A stretch of DNA of 64,000 nucleotides from Candidatus Microgenomates bacterium (GTDB lineage Bacteria; Patescibacteriota; Microgenomatia; UBA8517), in the NCBI GenBank assembly GCA_049519355.1, contig JBEKQV010000003.1:19646-83645 (forward strand), read 5' to 3'. Position 1 is the stretch's first letter, and the number at the start of each line of letters is the position of its first letter. The notes below the pieces were generated by a model that had not been told where the DNA came from, ran no database searches, and saw only the letters and a program-made list of their open reading frames with translations. The position numbers and the translations under genes are program-made. This document shows positions 47,910 to 56,562 of the stretch, in pieces.

Positions 47910-48528
47910 TACCCATTATAGCTTGATAGAAAGTCAGATCAAAGCTTCCCGTGCCTGCCATTGTTGAGGCGCCTAAAACTTGTCCTTGGGGAGGAGTTGG
48001 GTGGGTGCTGCAATCGTGAACGGCACATCCTAATCCGTCGCCACCATCGTTGCCGCCACTACTATTATTGTCAGTCGGAACCGGTGTTACGGTTGCCTCT
48101 GGTGTGGCTATCGGGCTTTCTGAGGGCACAGGAGTTGCTGTCGGGCACTGGTGGTCTTCATTGGGTATGCAAGGTGTAGACGTAGGAGTTGGGGTTATGG
48201 TTGGCGTTGGCGAAGGACTTTGACAATCTTTGTCGCCGTGGTCTTCGTCATGATCGTAATCCTTTTTATCACATGGATCGTGTGTTGGGGTTGGTGTAGG
48301 TGTTGGAGTTGGGGTAGATTTATGGCAATCTTTATCATCCCAGTTATTGCCATAGCCATGATTATCACAGGGCTTTTGGGTGGGAGTTGGTGTAGGTGTG
48401 GGAGTGCTATGGTGGTCATTATCGTGAGCAAACGCAGAAGTTAGAGTTTTGCTCAGAAGTATAGAAACAACTCCTGTAACGATTATTAAGCCTAGAAGCG
48501 AAGCTTTTCCTGCATCAAATTTAATCAT
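47842..48528 (-). CDS. Secreted Thr-Pro-repeat / Cys-pair protein with a C-terminal sorting-signal-like tail
   Basis: Signal peptide. Three (TP)n-C-x12-16-C units rich in His/Asp. C-terminal MAGTG followed by hydrophobic AIMGIGGIFTF and basic KGIKSFKKVRKVSSK resembles an LAxTG-type sortase signal. 3' end overlaps the sortase ORF. Confidence 0.45.
   Translation of the reverse strand: MIKFDAGKASLLGLIIVTGVVSILLSKTLTSAFAHDNDHHSTPTPTPTPTQKPCDNHGYGNNWDDKDCHKSTPTPTPTPTPTHDPCDKKDYDHDEDHGDKDCQSPSPTPTITPTPTSTPCIPNEDHQCPTATPVPSESPIATPEATVTPVPTDNNSSGGNDGGDGLGCAVHDCSTHPTPPQGQVLGASTMAGTGSFDLTFYQAIMGIGGIFTFKGIKSFKKVRKVSSK
48168..48423 (-). repeat. Tandem low-complexity (ACN-CCN)n repeats encoding TPTPTP linkers
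   Basis: Three runs of Thr-Pro codons separating Cys-pair modules. Spurious antisense ORFs (48151..48444 and 48195..48431) arise from this repetitiveness. Confidence 0.5.
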
Positions 48529-48579
48529 ATTTTTGAGCAGGTAGAGGCAGTCTATCAGCGTTTTCTCAGGTTGTCAAAT

Positions 48580-50232
48580 CTAACCTAAGAACCTCTTCCA
48601 GAAGATCACGGCGGTCGCGACGACCACAAGGAGTCCTCCTGCAAATGCCGTCCTTCTCTTTTTGAAGAATCCTATTAATGTTGGAGAAACGAGCGGTTGG
48701 CCTTGCAGCCTTCTTCTGGCGATGACTATCAGCAAATATGTAAGTGTGAGTGACGGAAATATAAAGGCATTAAAATTTTTTACATTTATAGGTGTATTTT
48801 GGGTGCTGAGGCCTAAGACTGCGGGGGAACCGCCCGAACCCTGACTGATTGTGCTACCGATAACGGGAGGTGTAATAAATCCTCCGGCGCCTGCGGGTAA
48901 TTCTACCAGGAAATCGGACTGGGCGAGGTTTGAGGTCGAAGAATCCCCCGATTCGGATTTTCCCGTCGCTGAGGCCTCAAAAATATATTTTCCGGCAACG
49001 GAATCTTTGGGAATTGTCACATTAAAACTGATTTTTACTTTACCGCTTGGTTTAATATCCCCCACCTGCCAGGAAAGAGGCGCAATAATTTTTCCGTCCG
49101 GATCTTTGATGCCGCCGTTGACAACTAAGCTGCGGGCAAATACCGAACTATTATTGTGTACGGTAATGGTTGCCCAAAAAGTATCACCTGGATAAATGAA
49201 TGCTCCCACACTATCCCAAATATCCGTTTCCAGACTTGGAGTTTGGGTATTTGGACCGGGATCGGCGGGCAGTATTACATTTGTGGTGTCGGTACCCGTA
49301 TCGCCGTTTGAGGAGTCCTGTGTGTCGGTTGTTGAACCGGTGGCACTTGCCAGAAGGTCGGTACCGATAGGCGCCGAATCTGAAACATGTCCGGCCAAAT
49401 TAAATGTTTGAGTTTGCCCAGGGTTAAGATTTCCTAAATTCCAAAAAGTGTTAATTGGACCATCCGGAATCACAAGACCCGGAAAGTTAAAGTTAAGATT
49501 AACTCCATTTGCAATTGCGTGTCCCGCATTTGTAATCGTGACGGTATAGTTTTCGGCTCCTCCCGGATAAACGGTATCTTGGTTATCAGTTACCGAGACT
49601 CGGAGTTCAGGATAGGCTGCAATTATATTTCCGCCCCAGTTGCCCAAAATATTAATAATTCCAAAGAAGAATCCTCCTCCAACGCCTGTGAGGTTAGCCA
49701 GAGTAAAGTTATTTGCCAAAGATACGGCATTGCCGGTTAGTAAACTCAGGTTTTTTCCTGTTTGCGAATTGCCGCCGGTATTGGCATTTGAAGATACGTT
49801 GGTAGTGACGGTTGCTTCCTGATTGGAAGTTACGTTGGTTGTTCCCTCTCCCCCCGTAGTTCCCGGGTTTCCGTATTCCGTGGTAAGGTTATAAGTTCCC
49901 GGATCAAAAGTTTGGCTACTTCCCGGTGTACTCCAATTTATAAGACTTCCGGTCCAGTTTCCCGAATAATTTATAATCAGAAAACCTAAACCGTTGCCGA
50001 TTTCTACGACGTTTGCGACTGTTCCGGAACTTGCGGACGAAACGGAATTGCCCGTTGTGATAGTTGTACTTCCTCCGGTTTGATAATTACCTCCCGTGCT
50101 GGCTGTACTTGTGGTTGTTGATGAAACCTCCGCAATTTGGTTCGAATTTACGTTGACATTTCCTGAAGATTCTGTCGGGAGAGAGAGCTGAGTTCCGTTT
50201 GGGAGGATTATATTTCCGTTCCAATCGGCCAA
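48580..50232 (-). CDS. Large repetitive cell-surface protein (DUF11-like beta-sandwich repeats), possibly 5'-truncated
   Basis: Gly/Thr/Asn-rich repeats (NPGQTQTFNLAGHV) and C-terminal hydrophobic segments with an ARRR tail. The first codon is TTG and the N-terminus has no signal peptide. The 5' end abuts the IS200-like element. Confidence 0.45.
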   Translation of the reverse strand: MADWNGNIILPNGTQLSLPTESSGNVNVNSNQIAEVSSTTTSTASTGGNYQTGGSTTITTGNSVSSASSGTVANVVEIGNGLGFLIINYSGNWTGSLINWSTPGSSQTFDPGTYNLTTEYGNPGTTGGEGTTNVTSNQEATVTTNVSSNANTGGNSQTGKNLSLLTGNAVSLANNFTLANLTGVGGGFFFGIINILGNWGGNIIAAYPELRVSVTDNQDTVYPGGAENYTVTITNAGHAIANGVNLNFNFPGLVIPDGPINTFWNLGNLNPGQTQTFNLAGHVSDSAPIGTDLLASATGSTTDTQDSSNGDTGTDTTNVILPADPGPNTQTPSLETDIWDSVGAFIYPGDTFWATITVHNNSSVFARSLVVNGGIKDPDGKIIAPLSWQVGDIKPSGKVKISFNVTIPKDSVAGKYIFEASATGKSESGDSSTSNLAQSDFLVELPAGAGGFITPPVIGSTISQGSGGSPAVLGLSTQNTPINVKNFNAFIFPSLTLTYLLIVIARRRLQGQPLVSPTLIGFFKKRRTAFAGGLLVVVATAVIFWKRFLG

Positions 50233-50239
50233 TATATTT

Positions 50240-50760
50240 ATAATGTCTTAAGCGGCTATCCACCGCGTTATCAACGCGGGGCAGCAAAGCTCTTTGACGA
50301 TTAATCACTAAATGCGTAGACTGAAGGCATGAAATGCCTGAAGTCTACAGCTCATACTAGGTACGATCTAAGATATCACTTTGTCTTTCTCCCGCATTAC
50401 AGAAAGCGAGTACTGACAGGCAAAGTGGCAAGAAGTATTGAGGGAATGATTAGGTTTGCATCTCAAATCAATGATTGGGAAATATACGAGCTTGCTGTAA
50501 TGCAAGATCACGTACATTTATACCTTGGGGCAAGCCCAAAATGGAGCCCATCCCAGATTATGAAAATAGTTAAAGGTGGGACAAGCAAAAAAATTACAAA
50601 AATGTATCCAAATCTCGATGAAATATACTGGGGCTCCAACTTTTGGGCCGTTGGTTATATGGTTAAATCAGTTGGTGAGGCGACAGACAAAGTGATATCT
50701 GACTACGTTAGAAAACAGAAAGGAGAAATCCTTACGAAAACAACGGACTTTTAGTCCGTT
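50240..50760 (+). mobile_element. IS200/IS605-family insertion sequence (tnpA only); boundaries approximate
   Basis: Y1 HuH transposase gene, preceded by two subterminal hairpins (50263..50279 ccgcgtt-atc-aacgcgg; 50316..50348 gtagac...gtctac). The tnpA ATG sits in the second hairpin's loop, as in IS200. Confidence 0.6.
50329..50754 (+). CDS. tnpA: IS200/IS605 family transposase TnpA (Y1 HuH)
   Basis: YDLRYHFVFLPHYRK, HuH motif HVHLYL, and the catalytic Tyr region near the C-terminus. Length 141 aa. Confidence 0.85.
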   Translation: MKCLKSTAHTRYDLRYHFVFLPHYRKRVLTGKVARSIEGMIRFASQINDWEIYELAVMQDHVHLYLGASPKWSPSQIMKIVKGGTSKKITKMYPNLDEIYWGSNFWAVGYMVKSVGEATDKVISDYVRKQKGEILTKTTDF

Positions 50761-50790
50761 GAAGTTTATTTGCTCCAAGAGGAACATAAC

Positions 50791-50994
50791 ATGAGTTTTC
50801 AACAAGATATAGCCAAAATTTTTAAAGAAGCCAGAGAAAAAGCCGGTCTTACTCAGGCTGAAGTAGCAAAAAAGGCAGGAATTCATGCTAATTATTATGC
50901 CCGCGTTGAAAGAGCAGATCCAGCGGCTAGTGGGGTTATCCTAAATAAGATAGCAAAAGCGTTAGGACTTAAAATTAAACTGCCTCTCGAGTAA
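50791..50994 (+). CDS. XRE-family helix-turn-helix DNA-binding protein (67 aa)
   Basis: KAGLTQAEVAKKAGIHANYYARVERADPAASGVILNKIAKALG is a classic HTH_XRE. ATG at 50791 preceded by AAGAGGA; the ORF-track start is TTG. Confidence 0.6.
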   Translation: MSFQQDIAKIFKEAREKAGLTQAEVAKKAGIHANYYARVERADPAASGVILNKIAKALGLKIKLPLE

Positions 50995-51172
50995 ACAGAT
51001 TTTCGCTTCTGAATCTATCTTTTAGTTCAATTTTTTCGTATAATAAGCTTCGGAAAACCCAGTGTGTTTTGGTTGAAAGAGATTGTTTTCTAGCTCTTTT
51101 TGATCTTGGTACGCAAGCATGAGGTTGTGAATCCAAGGCAGAAAAAGTTCGACCAGAAATGCACCCTGGGCA

Positions 51173-52498
51173 CTACTCTTTGTGTTTTTCTTCCCTTCCG
51201 TAGAACTTAATTCTGTCCCCCTTGAAGTGAAGAGGAATACTTTTCAAAGGACCATTTCTATGCTTGGCGATATCAAGCATCATGTTTTCGGAGTTATCAT
51301 CATCTTCTCGCCAAAGAAACATAACCACGTCAGCATCTTGTTCAATTGATCCCGAATCCCGGAGGTCCGAAAGTTGGGGCTTTTTACCACCTCTGGTTTC
51401 AACCGCACGGGATAGCTGTGATATTCCAAGTACAGGAATCTTGAGTTCGCGCGCAAGGTTTTTAAGCCCCTGGGAAATTTCCGAGACTTCCTGGACCCTG
51501 TTTTCCAAATTCCGGCTCCTCGCCAACTGCAAATAATCGACAACAAGAAGATCCAATCCGTTCTCAACCTGAAGTCTCCTGGCTTTTGTTCTCATTTCAA
51601 GAATCGAAAGGGCCGGAGTATCGTCGATAAACAATGGCGCTTCAGCAAGTTCTCCCATAGCATTACTTAACTTTGTAAAATCCTCCTCGGAAAGTTTGCC
51701 AGTTTTAAGCTTCCAGGCATCGATGTCCGCTTGCGAAACCAAGAGTCTGTCTACAAGTTCTTCCCGGCTCATCTCAAGCGAGAAAAATCCAACCGGCCGC
51801 TTAAGCTCTACAGCAACATATTGGCAAATATTCATAGCAAGCGAAGTCTTTCCGACTCCCGGACGGGCCGCCAAAACAATGAGGTTGCTTTTCTGCATTC
51901 CGGCAAGGGCGTCATCGAGGTCGGGAAACCCGGTGGCAACGCCGCGGATACCTTCCCCGCTTTTATGAAGTTCATCAAGCCTATCAAAGCTTTCGGCAAG
52001 AGTATCCCTGACCGAAGTAAAGGCTTTAGTCAAACTCTTCTGGCTAAGTGAAAATATTTCCCTTTCGGCTTCATCCAGCACCTCGGTTGCCCCCATCCCT
52101 TCATCCATCGAAATTTCAACCAACCGGGTGGCCGCACTCATTAAGGCACGTTTTGTTGCGGTATCTTTTACAATCCGGCCATAGTGTTCAACATGCGCGG
52201 CGGTAGGAACTTTATTAGCCAAATCCGCCAGAAATGAAGATGACCCGACCGACTTAAGTGACTTTCTTTTCTTAAGCCTTTCCGTAACAGTGAGGACATC
52301 AATAGGAAGCCTTTCTTCATATAAAGTCAGACAAGCTTCATAAACCTCTTTCAGCCGCTCGTCATAAAAATTTTCTGGAAGTAAAAACTCTGCAACAGCG
52401 ATAACCGCATCCTTATCAATAAGCATTGCCCCAATTACGCTTTCTTCGGCTTCTTGCGAGTGAGGCGGAACCCTAGCTTGATTCGGTTGTGCTGCCAT
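51173..52498 (-). CDS. dnaB: Replicative DNA helicase
   Basis: N-terminal PHSQEAEESVIGAMLID, Walker A LAARPGVGKTSLAMN, RecA-like C-terminal domain. Confidence 0.9.
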   Translation of the reverse strand: MAAQPNQARVPPHSQEAEESVIGAMLIDKDAVIAVAEFLLPENFYDERLKEVYEACLTLYEERLPIDVLTVTERLKKRKSLKSVGSSSFLADLANKVPTAAHVEHYGRIVKDTATKRALMSAATRLVEISMDEGMGATEVLDEAEREIFSLSQKSLTKAFTSVRDTLAESFDRLDELHKSGEGIRGVATGFPDLDDALAGMQKSNLIVLAARPGVGKTSLAMNICQYVAVELKRPVGFFSLEMSREELVDRLLVSQADIDAWKLKTGKLSEEDFTKLSNAMGELAEAPLFIDDTPALSILEMRTKARRLQVENGLDLLVVDYLQLARSRNLENRVQEVSEISQGLKNLARELKIPVLGISQLSRAVETRGGKKPQLSDLRDSGSIEQDADVVMFLWREDDDNSENMMLDIAKHRNGPLKSIPLHFKGDRIKFYGREEKHKE

Positions 52499-52543
52499 AT
52501 TTATTACTTATATAGACTTCCCCGGGCAGCGTGTAAAGAAGGA

Positions 52544-53197
52544 CTATTTTTTCTCCAGGACAATTACCTTTGTGCTTTGATCTTCCAAAATATCTTCGCG
52601 CCTCAACGTAAATTTCGGTAGATTCTCAACTGTCATACCGATTTCTTTCAAAAATGTATCGAGCGGTTCAACACCGGAAAAAGCCTGAGCATTCATTTCG
52701 GCAGTTTTATAATGCATCGGGATAATAAAATACGGATCAATCTTCCCCACAACCTCAACCGCCTCTTTTGGTCCGATTGTGAACTTTCCGCCGACCGGAA
52801 CCATAAGAACATCAACTGAACCTATCTGATTGACCAGATCGTCACTAAGTGTATGGCCGAGATCCCCAAGATGTGCAACTCTAAGTCCTTCCGATTCGAT
52901 TATGTAAATAGTGTTCTTGCCTCTTTCCGCTCCTTCTTTAGCATCGTGAAACGACGGATAACCAATTATTGAAACTCCCATTATCTCGTACTCGCCCGGA
53001 CCCTCGACAACTTTTTTAACACCCGCAACTTTATCAACTGCGTTATGATCACGGTGAGCATGAGAAACTGTTACTATTTCGCCTTCCACTCCGGAATATT
53101 TGAGACCGACCATTTGAGGATCAAAAGGATCTGTAATAACCGTCGCGGTTTTTGTTTTAATTTTAAAAGAAGAGTGTCCTAAATAAGTAATATCCAT
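52544..53197 (-). CDS. MBL-fold metal-dependent hydrolase (UPF0173-like)
   Basis: MDITYLGHSSFKIKT...DPF and the HxHxDH motif VSHAHRDHNAV. Confidence 0.75.
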   Translation of the reverse strand: MDITYLGHSSFKIKTKTATVITDPFDPQMVGLKYSGVEGEIVTVSHAHRDHNAVDKVAGVKKVVEGPGEYEIMGVSIIGYPSFHDAKEGAERGKNTIYIIESEGLRVAHLGDLGHTLSDDLVNQIGSVDVLMVPVGGKFTIGPKEAVEVVGKIDPYFIIPMHYKTAEMNAQAFSGVEPLDTFLKEIGMTVENLPKFTLRREDILEDQSTKVIVLEKK

Positions 53198-53255
53198 TAC
53201 TCATGCACTCTATCAAATTGACAAAAATTTGGCAATAACGTATATTGACGGCTGC

Positions 53256-54269
53256 ATGAGAAAAGAAGTTTATTGGGCTATCGCAATTGGAATTTTATTT
53301 GGACTTGCGGTGGCGTTCGGCGCATGGCGCATTAATTACTCATTAAAATCAAAAACTCCGGCTCCAACTCCAACACCCGGCATTCAAAACACCAACACGT
53401 CCTCAATCACGCTTGATAAACCCGAAAATAATGACGTCGTAACCGTAACTCCACTAACCGTTACCGGAATTACAAAACCTCTTAGCTGGGTTACCGTTTC
53501 CGGAGAAAAGGGAGATTACATTACCCAAAGTGATGAAACAGGAGTTTTTTCGCAAGATGTTGATTTGACACCTGGTGCAAATCAAATTAAAGTCACTTCT
53601 TTGGACTCTCAGGGAAATGAGTCTTCTCAAAAAGTATTGGTTGTTTATTCGGCATCCTTTCAACTAACCCCAAGTTCATCCCCCGTTCCGACAAGCGCAA
53701 CAAGCGAATCCGAGATAAATCAGGAAGTAGCTCAGCAAGTTGCCGAGGCATCAAAAAACCCCAAAGCTTACATCGGAACCGTTACCGATATCGCCGATTC
53801 CACAATACAAATAAAATCAACCGACAGCCAGATACAACAAATATCAATTAGTGCCCCCGGCATCGGTGTCGTAAATCTTAAAGGAACAAATAATAATCAG
53901 ATAAAACTAACTGACATCGCCATTGGAGATTTTATCATCGCGATGGGATATGTTAATTCAAACTCCGTTCTTGATGCACAACGTATCCTGGTTACAGACC
54001 CCCTGGCTCAAGCCCAAATCAACGCGTCCGTAGCCGAGGTTGCAGGCATTTCTAAAAAAACCATAACCGTAACCGATATTAAAAGCGGTACTCAAAGTAC
54101 GCTTACTCCCGACAAAAATACGGATATCGAGTCGTATACCAATGGGAAGGAAAGAGGCTTAAAGATTGCCTCGATAAATCAAAACGACTTGGTAATTATT
54201 GTTCTTGATCAATCGGGTACTCCCGTAATCCTCCGTTCCGTTTTTGACATCGGCGCCTCACAAGGTTAA
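53256..54269 (+). CDS. Signal-anchored hypothetical protein with Ig-like/beta-rich extracellular region
   Basis: ATG at 53256 gives MRKEVYWAIAIGILFGLAVAFGAW (TM), then a PTPTP linker and beta-rich sequence. The ORF-track start is TTG. Confidence 0.3.
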   Translation: MRKEVYWAIAIGILFGLAVAFGAWRINYSLKSKTPAPTPTPGIQNTNTSSITLDKPENNDVVTVTPLTVTGITKPLSWVTVSGEKGDYITQSDETGVFSQDVDLTPGANQIKVTSLDSQGNESSQKVLVVYSASFQLTPSSSPVPTSATSESEINQEVAQQVAEASKNPKAYIGTVTDIADSTIQIKSTDSQIQQISISAPGIGVVNLKGTNNNQIKLTDIAIGDFIIAMGYVNSNSVLDAQRILVTDPLAQAQINASVAEVAGISKKTITVTDIKSGTQSTLTPDKNTDIESYTNGKERGLKIASINQNDLVIIVLDQSGTPVILRSVFDIGASQG

Positions 54270-54274
54270 GCGAC

Positions 54275-54302
54275 TTGACAGGCCGAAATATCGGCATATA
54301 AT
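54275..54302 (+). promoter_or_regulatory. Sigma70-like promoter (TTGACA - 16 bp - TATAAT)
   Basis: ttgaca at 54275..54280 and tataat at 54297..54302, both consensus hexamers. Confidence 0.4.
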
Positions 54303-54319
54303 ACCTTTTGTTAGTCCAG

Positions 54320-54374
54320 CCTCTCGTTCCTTGCTCACCTATATTGGGTGAGCAACGACCGGGAGGTTTTTTTG
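54320..54374 (+). terminator. Strong intrinsic-terminator-like hairpin plus U7 (terminator of the upstream gene and/or leader attenuator or small RNA)
   Basis: Inner stem ttgctcacc / ggtgagcaa (9 bp). Outer stem cctctcgttcc / cgaccgggagg (~9 of 11 pairs). Followed by ttttttt at 54367..54374. It lies between the promoter at 54275 and the hisS-like ATG at 54399. Confidence 0.45.
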
Positions 54375-54398
54375 TTTGCGAAATGTTAGAATATTGCT

Positions 54399-55310
54399 AT
54401 GTCAGCTAAGGGTCCGGTTACACCAAAAGGCTTCGGCGACATTATGCCGGAGGAAGCTCTGAAGCGGCGTGTTATGATAAACGCCATTGTTCCCGTGCTT
54501 GAAAAATACGGGTTTAAACCTCTCGAAACTCCTACCGTTGAGTTCGCCGAGACTCTCCTTGGAAAATACGGCGAAGAAGAGAAACTCGTTTACCAATTTG
54601 AAGATAAAGGCGGAAGAAAGTTGGCCTTAAGATACGACCTAACCGTTCCCCTGGCCCGATTCGTAGCCAATAATTTAGGGCTTTTAAAACCGACATTTTC
54701 CCGCTACCAAGTTGGACAATGCTTCCGTGCCGAGAATCCTCAAAAAGGCAGACGGCGTGAGTTTACACAGTTTGATTTCGATACGGTTGGTTCGGATAGT
54801 GTTGGTGAGGATATTCGCGTAATTTCGGCCGCAATTGAAGGAGCCCGTGCAATTGGTTTGAAAGATGCAGTTATGCAAATAAACGACAGAGGGCTTTTTG
54901 ACAAAATCGGTTTTTCTAAAGAAGCAATAACTGCCATAGATAAAATCGATAGAATTGGTAAAAATGCAGTTATCGAGCTTCTCAAAACTATTGATCTGAA
55001 GGAAGCTGAAAGCAAGTTTGAAAAGTTGGAAATGGCCAAGGAAACAGATAGACTCTCACAAATCTTTATGGAGTTGGCAGCCAGGGGTTTTAAAAAGGGT
55101 GAAGATTTTACTTTTGATCCTTACTTAGCCCGTGGACTAAATTACTACACCTCGACAATTTTCGAATTGAAACTTGATAAAACTCCGGGTGGGCTTTCGG
55201 TTGGCGGCGGTGGAAGATATGATGATTTGATCGGAATGTTTGCAGGCAAACCTATCCCCGCTGTAGGATTTTCATTTGGAATTGACCGAATTATCGATCT
55301 TATACCCTAG
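54399..55310 (+). CDS. Histidyl-tRNA synthetase-like class II catalytic domain protein lacking the anticodon-binding domain (HisZ-like / HisRS paralog)
   Basis: Motif 1 LRYDLTVPLARFVA, motif 2 CFRAENPQKGRRREFTQFDFD and motif 3 GGGRYDDL are all present. The protein ends ~30 aa after motif 3 (303 aa versus ~420 for HisRS). Confidence 0.7.
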   Translation: MSAKGPVTPKGFGDIMPEEALKRRVMINAIVPVLEKYGFKPLETPTVEFAETLLGKYGEEEKLVYQFEDKGGRKLALRYDLTVPLARFVANNLGLLKPTFSRYQVGQCFRAENPQKGRRREFTQFDFDTVGSDSVGEDIRVISAAIEGARAIGLKDAVMQINDRGLFDKIGFSKEAITAIDKIDRIGKNAVIELLKTIDLKEAESKFEKLEMAKETDRLSQIFMELAARGFKKGEDFTFDPYLARGLNYYTSTIFELKLDKTPGGLSVGGGGRYDDLIGMFAGKPIPAVGFSFGIDRIIDLIP

Positions 55311-55312
55311 TT

Positions 55313-56236
55313 ATGAATCCTGCCAGAAAGCGTGCCTATCTTGAACTAATTTTGGTTGCCGCAATTTGGGGTATTGCCTCCGCCGTAATAAAATTCGGCC
55401 TTCGGGAGCTCACTCCATTTCTATTTCTGACTTACAGATTTTTTCTGACAATCTTAATCTTGCTGCCTTTTTATCTTTTTTCCAAAAACAAAAGTTTCGG
55501 CGGAATAAAAAAACTTCCTCTCATTCTTTTAATCTCGGTTTTGACAACGACCCTAAACCTTGGCCTCCTCTTTCTGGGTACTAATTTGACTACTGCCCTT
55601 GATCAATCAATAATCGCCGCCTCTTCCCCGATTCTTGTAATATTCGGCGGCTGGTTAATTCTCCACGAACACGTAACCAAGCGTGAACAGTTGGGAATTC
55701 TAATTACGATTCTCGGCACAATAATTATCACAATCCAACCACTCTTGCATACAACCAGCGAAATGGGAAACCTATTGGGAAATTTATTGGTTTTCGGCTC
55801 AAACTTTGCCTGGGTCGGCTACGCCCTTCTGGCCAAGAAAGCTCTGAGAGAGGGCATCTCACCTTTTAACTTGACCTTTGTTTCTTTTATTGTGGGTTTC
55901 ATCACCTGCCTACCCTTGGCTTTTTTGGAAGTCAAAAACTTTAATCTTATAGCACCAATTGTAAAAATTACCCTCTCGGCCCATTTGGCTGTCTTATATA
56001 TGGCGGCTTTGTCCGGAGGGCTGGCATACTATCTTTACACCAAGGCTCAAAAGACTATCGAAACCTCGGAAGCCTCACTTTTTATATATTTGCAGCCGAT
56101 TTTTACTGCACCCGTGGCCTTCTTCTGGCTGGGTGAGAAATTTACCTGGGTATTTATCCTGGGATCGGTAATAGTTGCCGCAGGTGTTATTCTTGCCGAA
56201 TGGAAGAAAAAAAGGTATAATTCTTCCTCAGTATAA
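55313..56236 (+). CDS. EamA/DMT-family transporter
   Basis: Ten TM helices in two EamA repeats. N-terminal [21 protein letters not shown]. Confidence 0.8.
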   Translation: MNPARKRAYLELILVAAIWGIASAVIKFGLRELTPFLFLTYRFFLTILILLPFYLFSKNKSFGGIKKLPLILLISVLTTTLNLGLLFLGTNLTTALDQSIIAASSPILVIFGGWLILHEHVTKREQLGILITILGTIIITIQPLLHTTSEMGNLLGNLLVFGSNFAWVGYALLAKKALREGISPFNLTFVSFIVGFITCLPLAFLEVKNFNLIAPIVKITLSAHLAVLYMAALSGGLAYYLYTKAQKTIETSEASLFIYLQPIFTAPVAFFWLGEKFTWVFILGSVIVAAGVILAEWKKKRYNSSSV

Positions 56237-56243
56237 GAAACAT

Positions 56244-56552
56244 ATGAAAGCTAAAATCCATCCTACATGGTTCCCGGAAGCGAAGGTTATTTGTGCCTGT
56301 GGAAATACATTCACGACAGGGGCAACCGTGCCGGAAATTCATGTTGAAATTTGCTACAACTGCCATCCTTTTTATACAGGCACAATGAAATTTGTTGACA
56401 CTGCCGGACGCGTTGATGCCTTTAAGGCTAAAATGGCCGGCGCCGTAAAACATATCAGCAAAACCGAAAAAAGGAGAGCCAAAAAGCTTAAGAAACTTGC
56501 AGAAGAGGCAGCTCGTCCGGAGTCGCTTGCTGAGCTCAGAAAGCAAGTTTAA
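56244..56552 (+). CDS. rpmE: 50S ribosomal protein L31 with a basic C-terminal extension
   Basis: [23 protein letters not shown]...[10 protein letters not shown] is the canonical L31 zinc-ribbon signature. ATG at 56244; the upstream in-frame ORF-track extension is rejected. Confidence 0.85.
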   Translation: MKAKIHPTWFPEAKVICACGNTFTTGATVPEIHVEICYNCHPFYTGTMKFVDTAGRVDAFKAKMAGAVKHISKTEKRRAKKLKKLAEEAARPESLAELRKQV

Positions 56553-56562
56553 TTAACCGTTC

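Noticed and set aside
48151-48444. Antisense ORFs (48151..48444 + and 48195..48431 -) inside the TP-repeat gene
   Set aside because: Artifacts of the (ACN-CCN)n repeat; the translations are low-complexity W/R/C- or I/T-rich strings.
51100-51172. Possible terminator hairpin downstream of dnaB (tgcaccctgggcac region)
   Set aside because: On checking, the two halves are not reverse complements (gcaccctgggcac versus gtgcccagggtgc), so no stable stem is formed.
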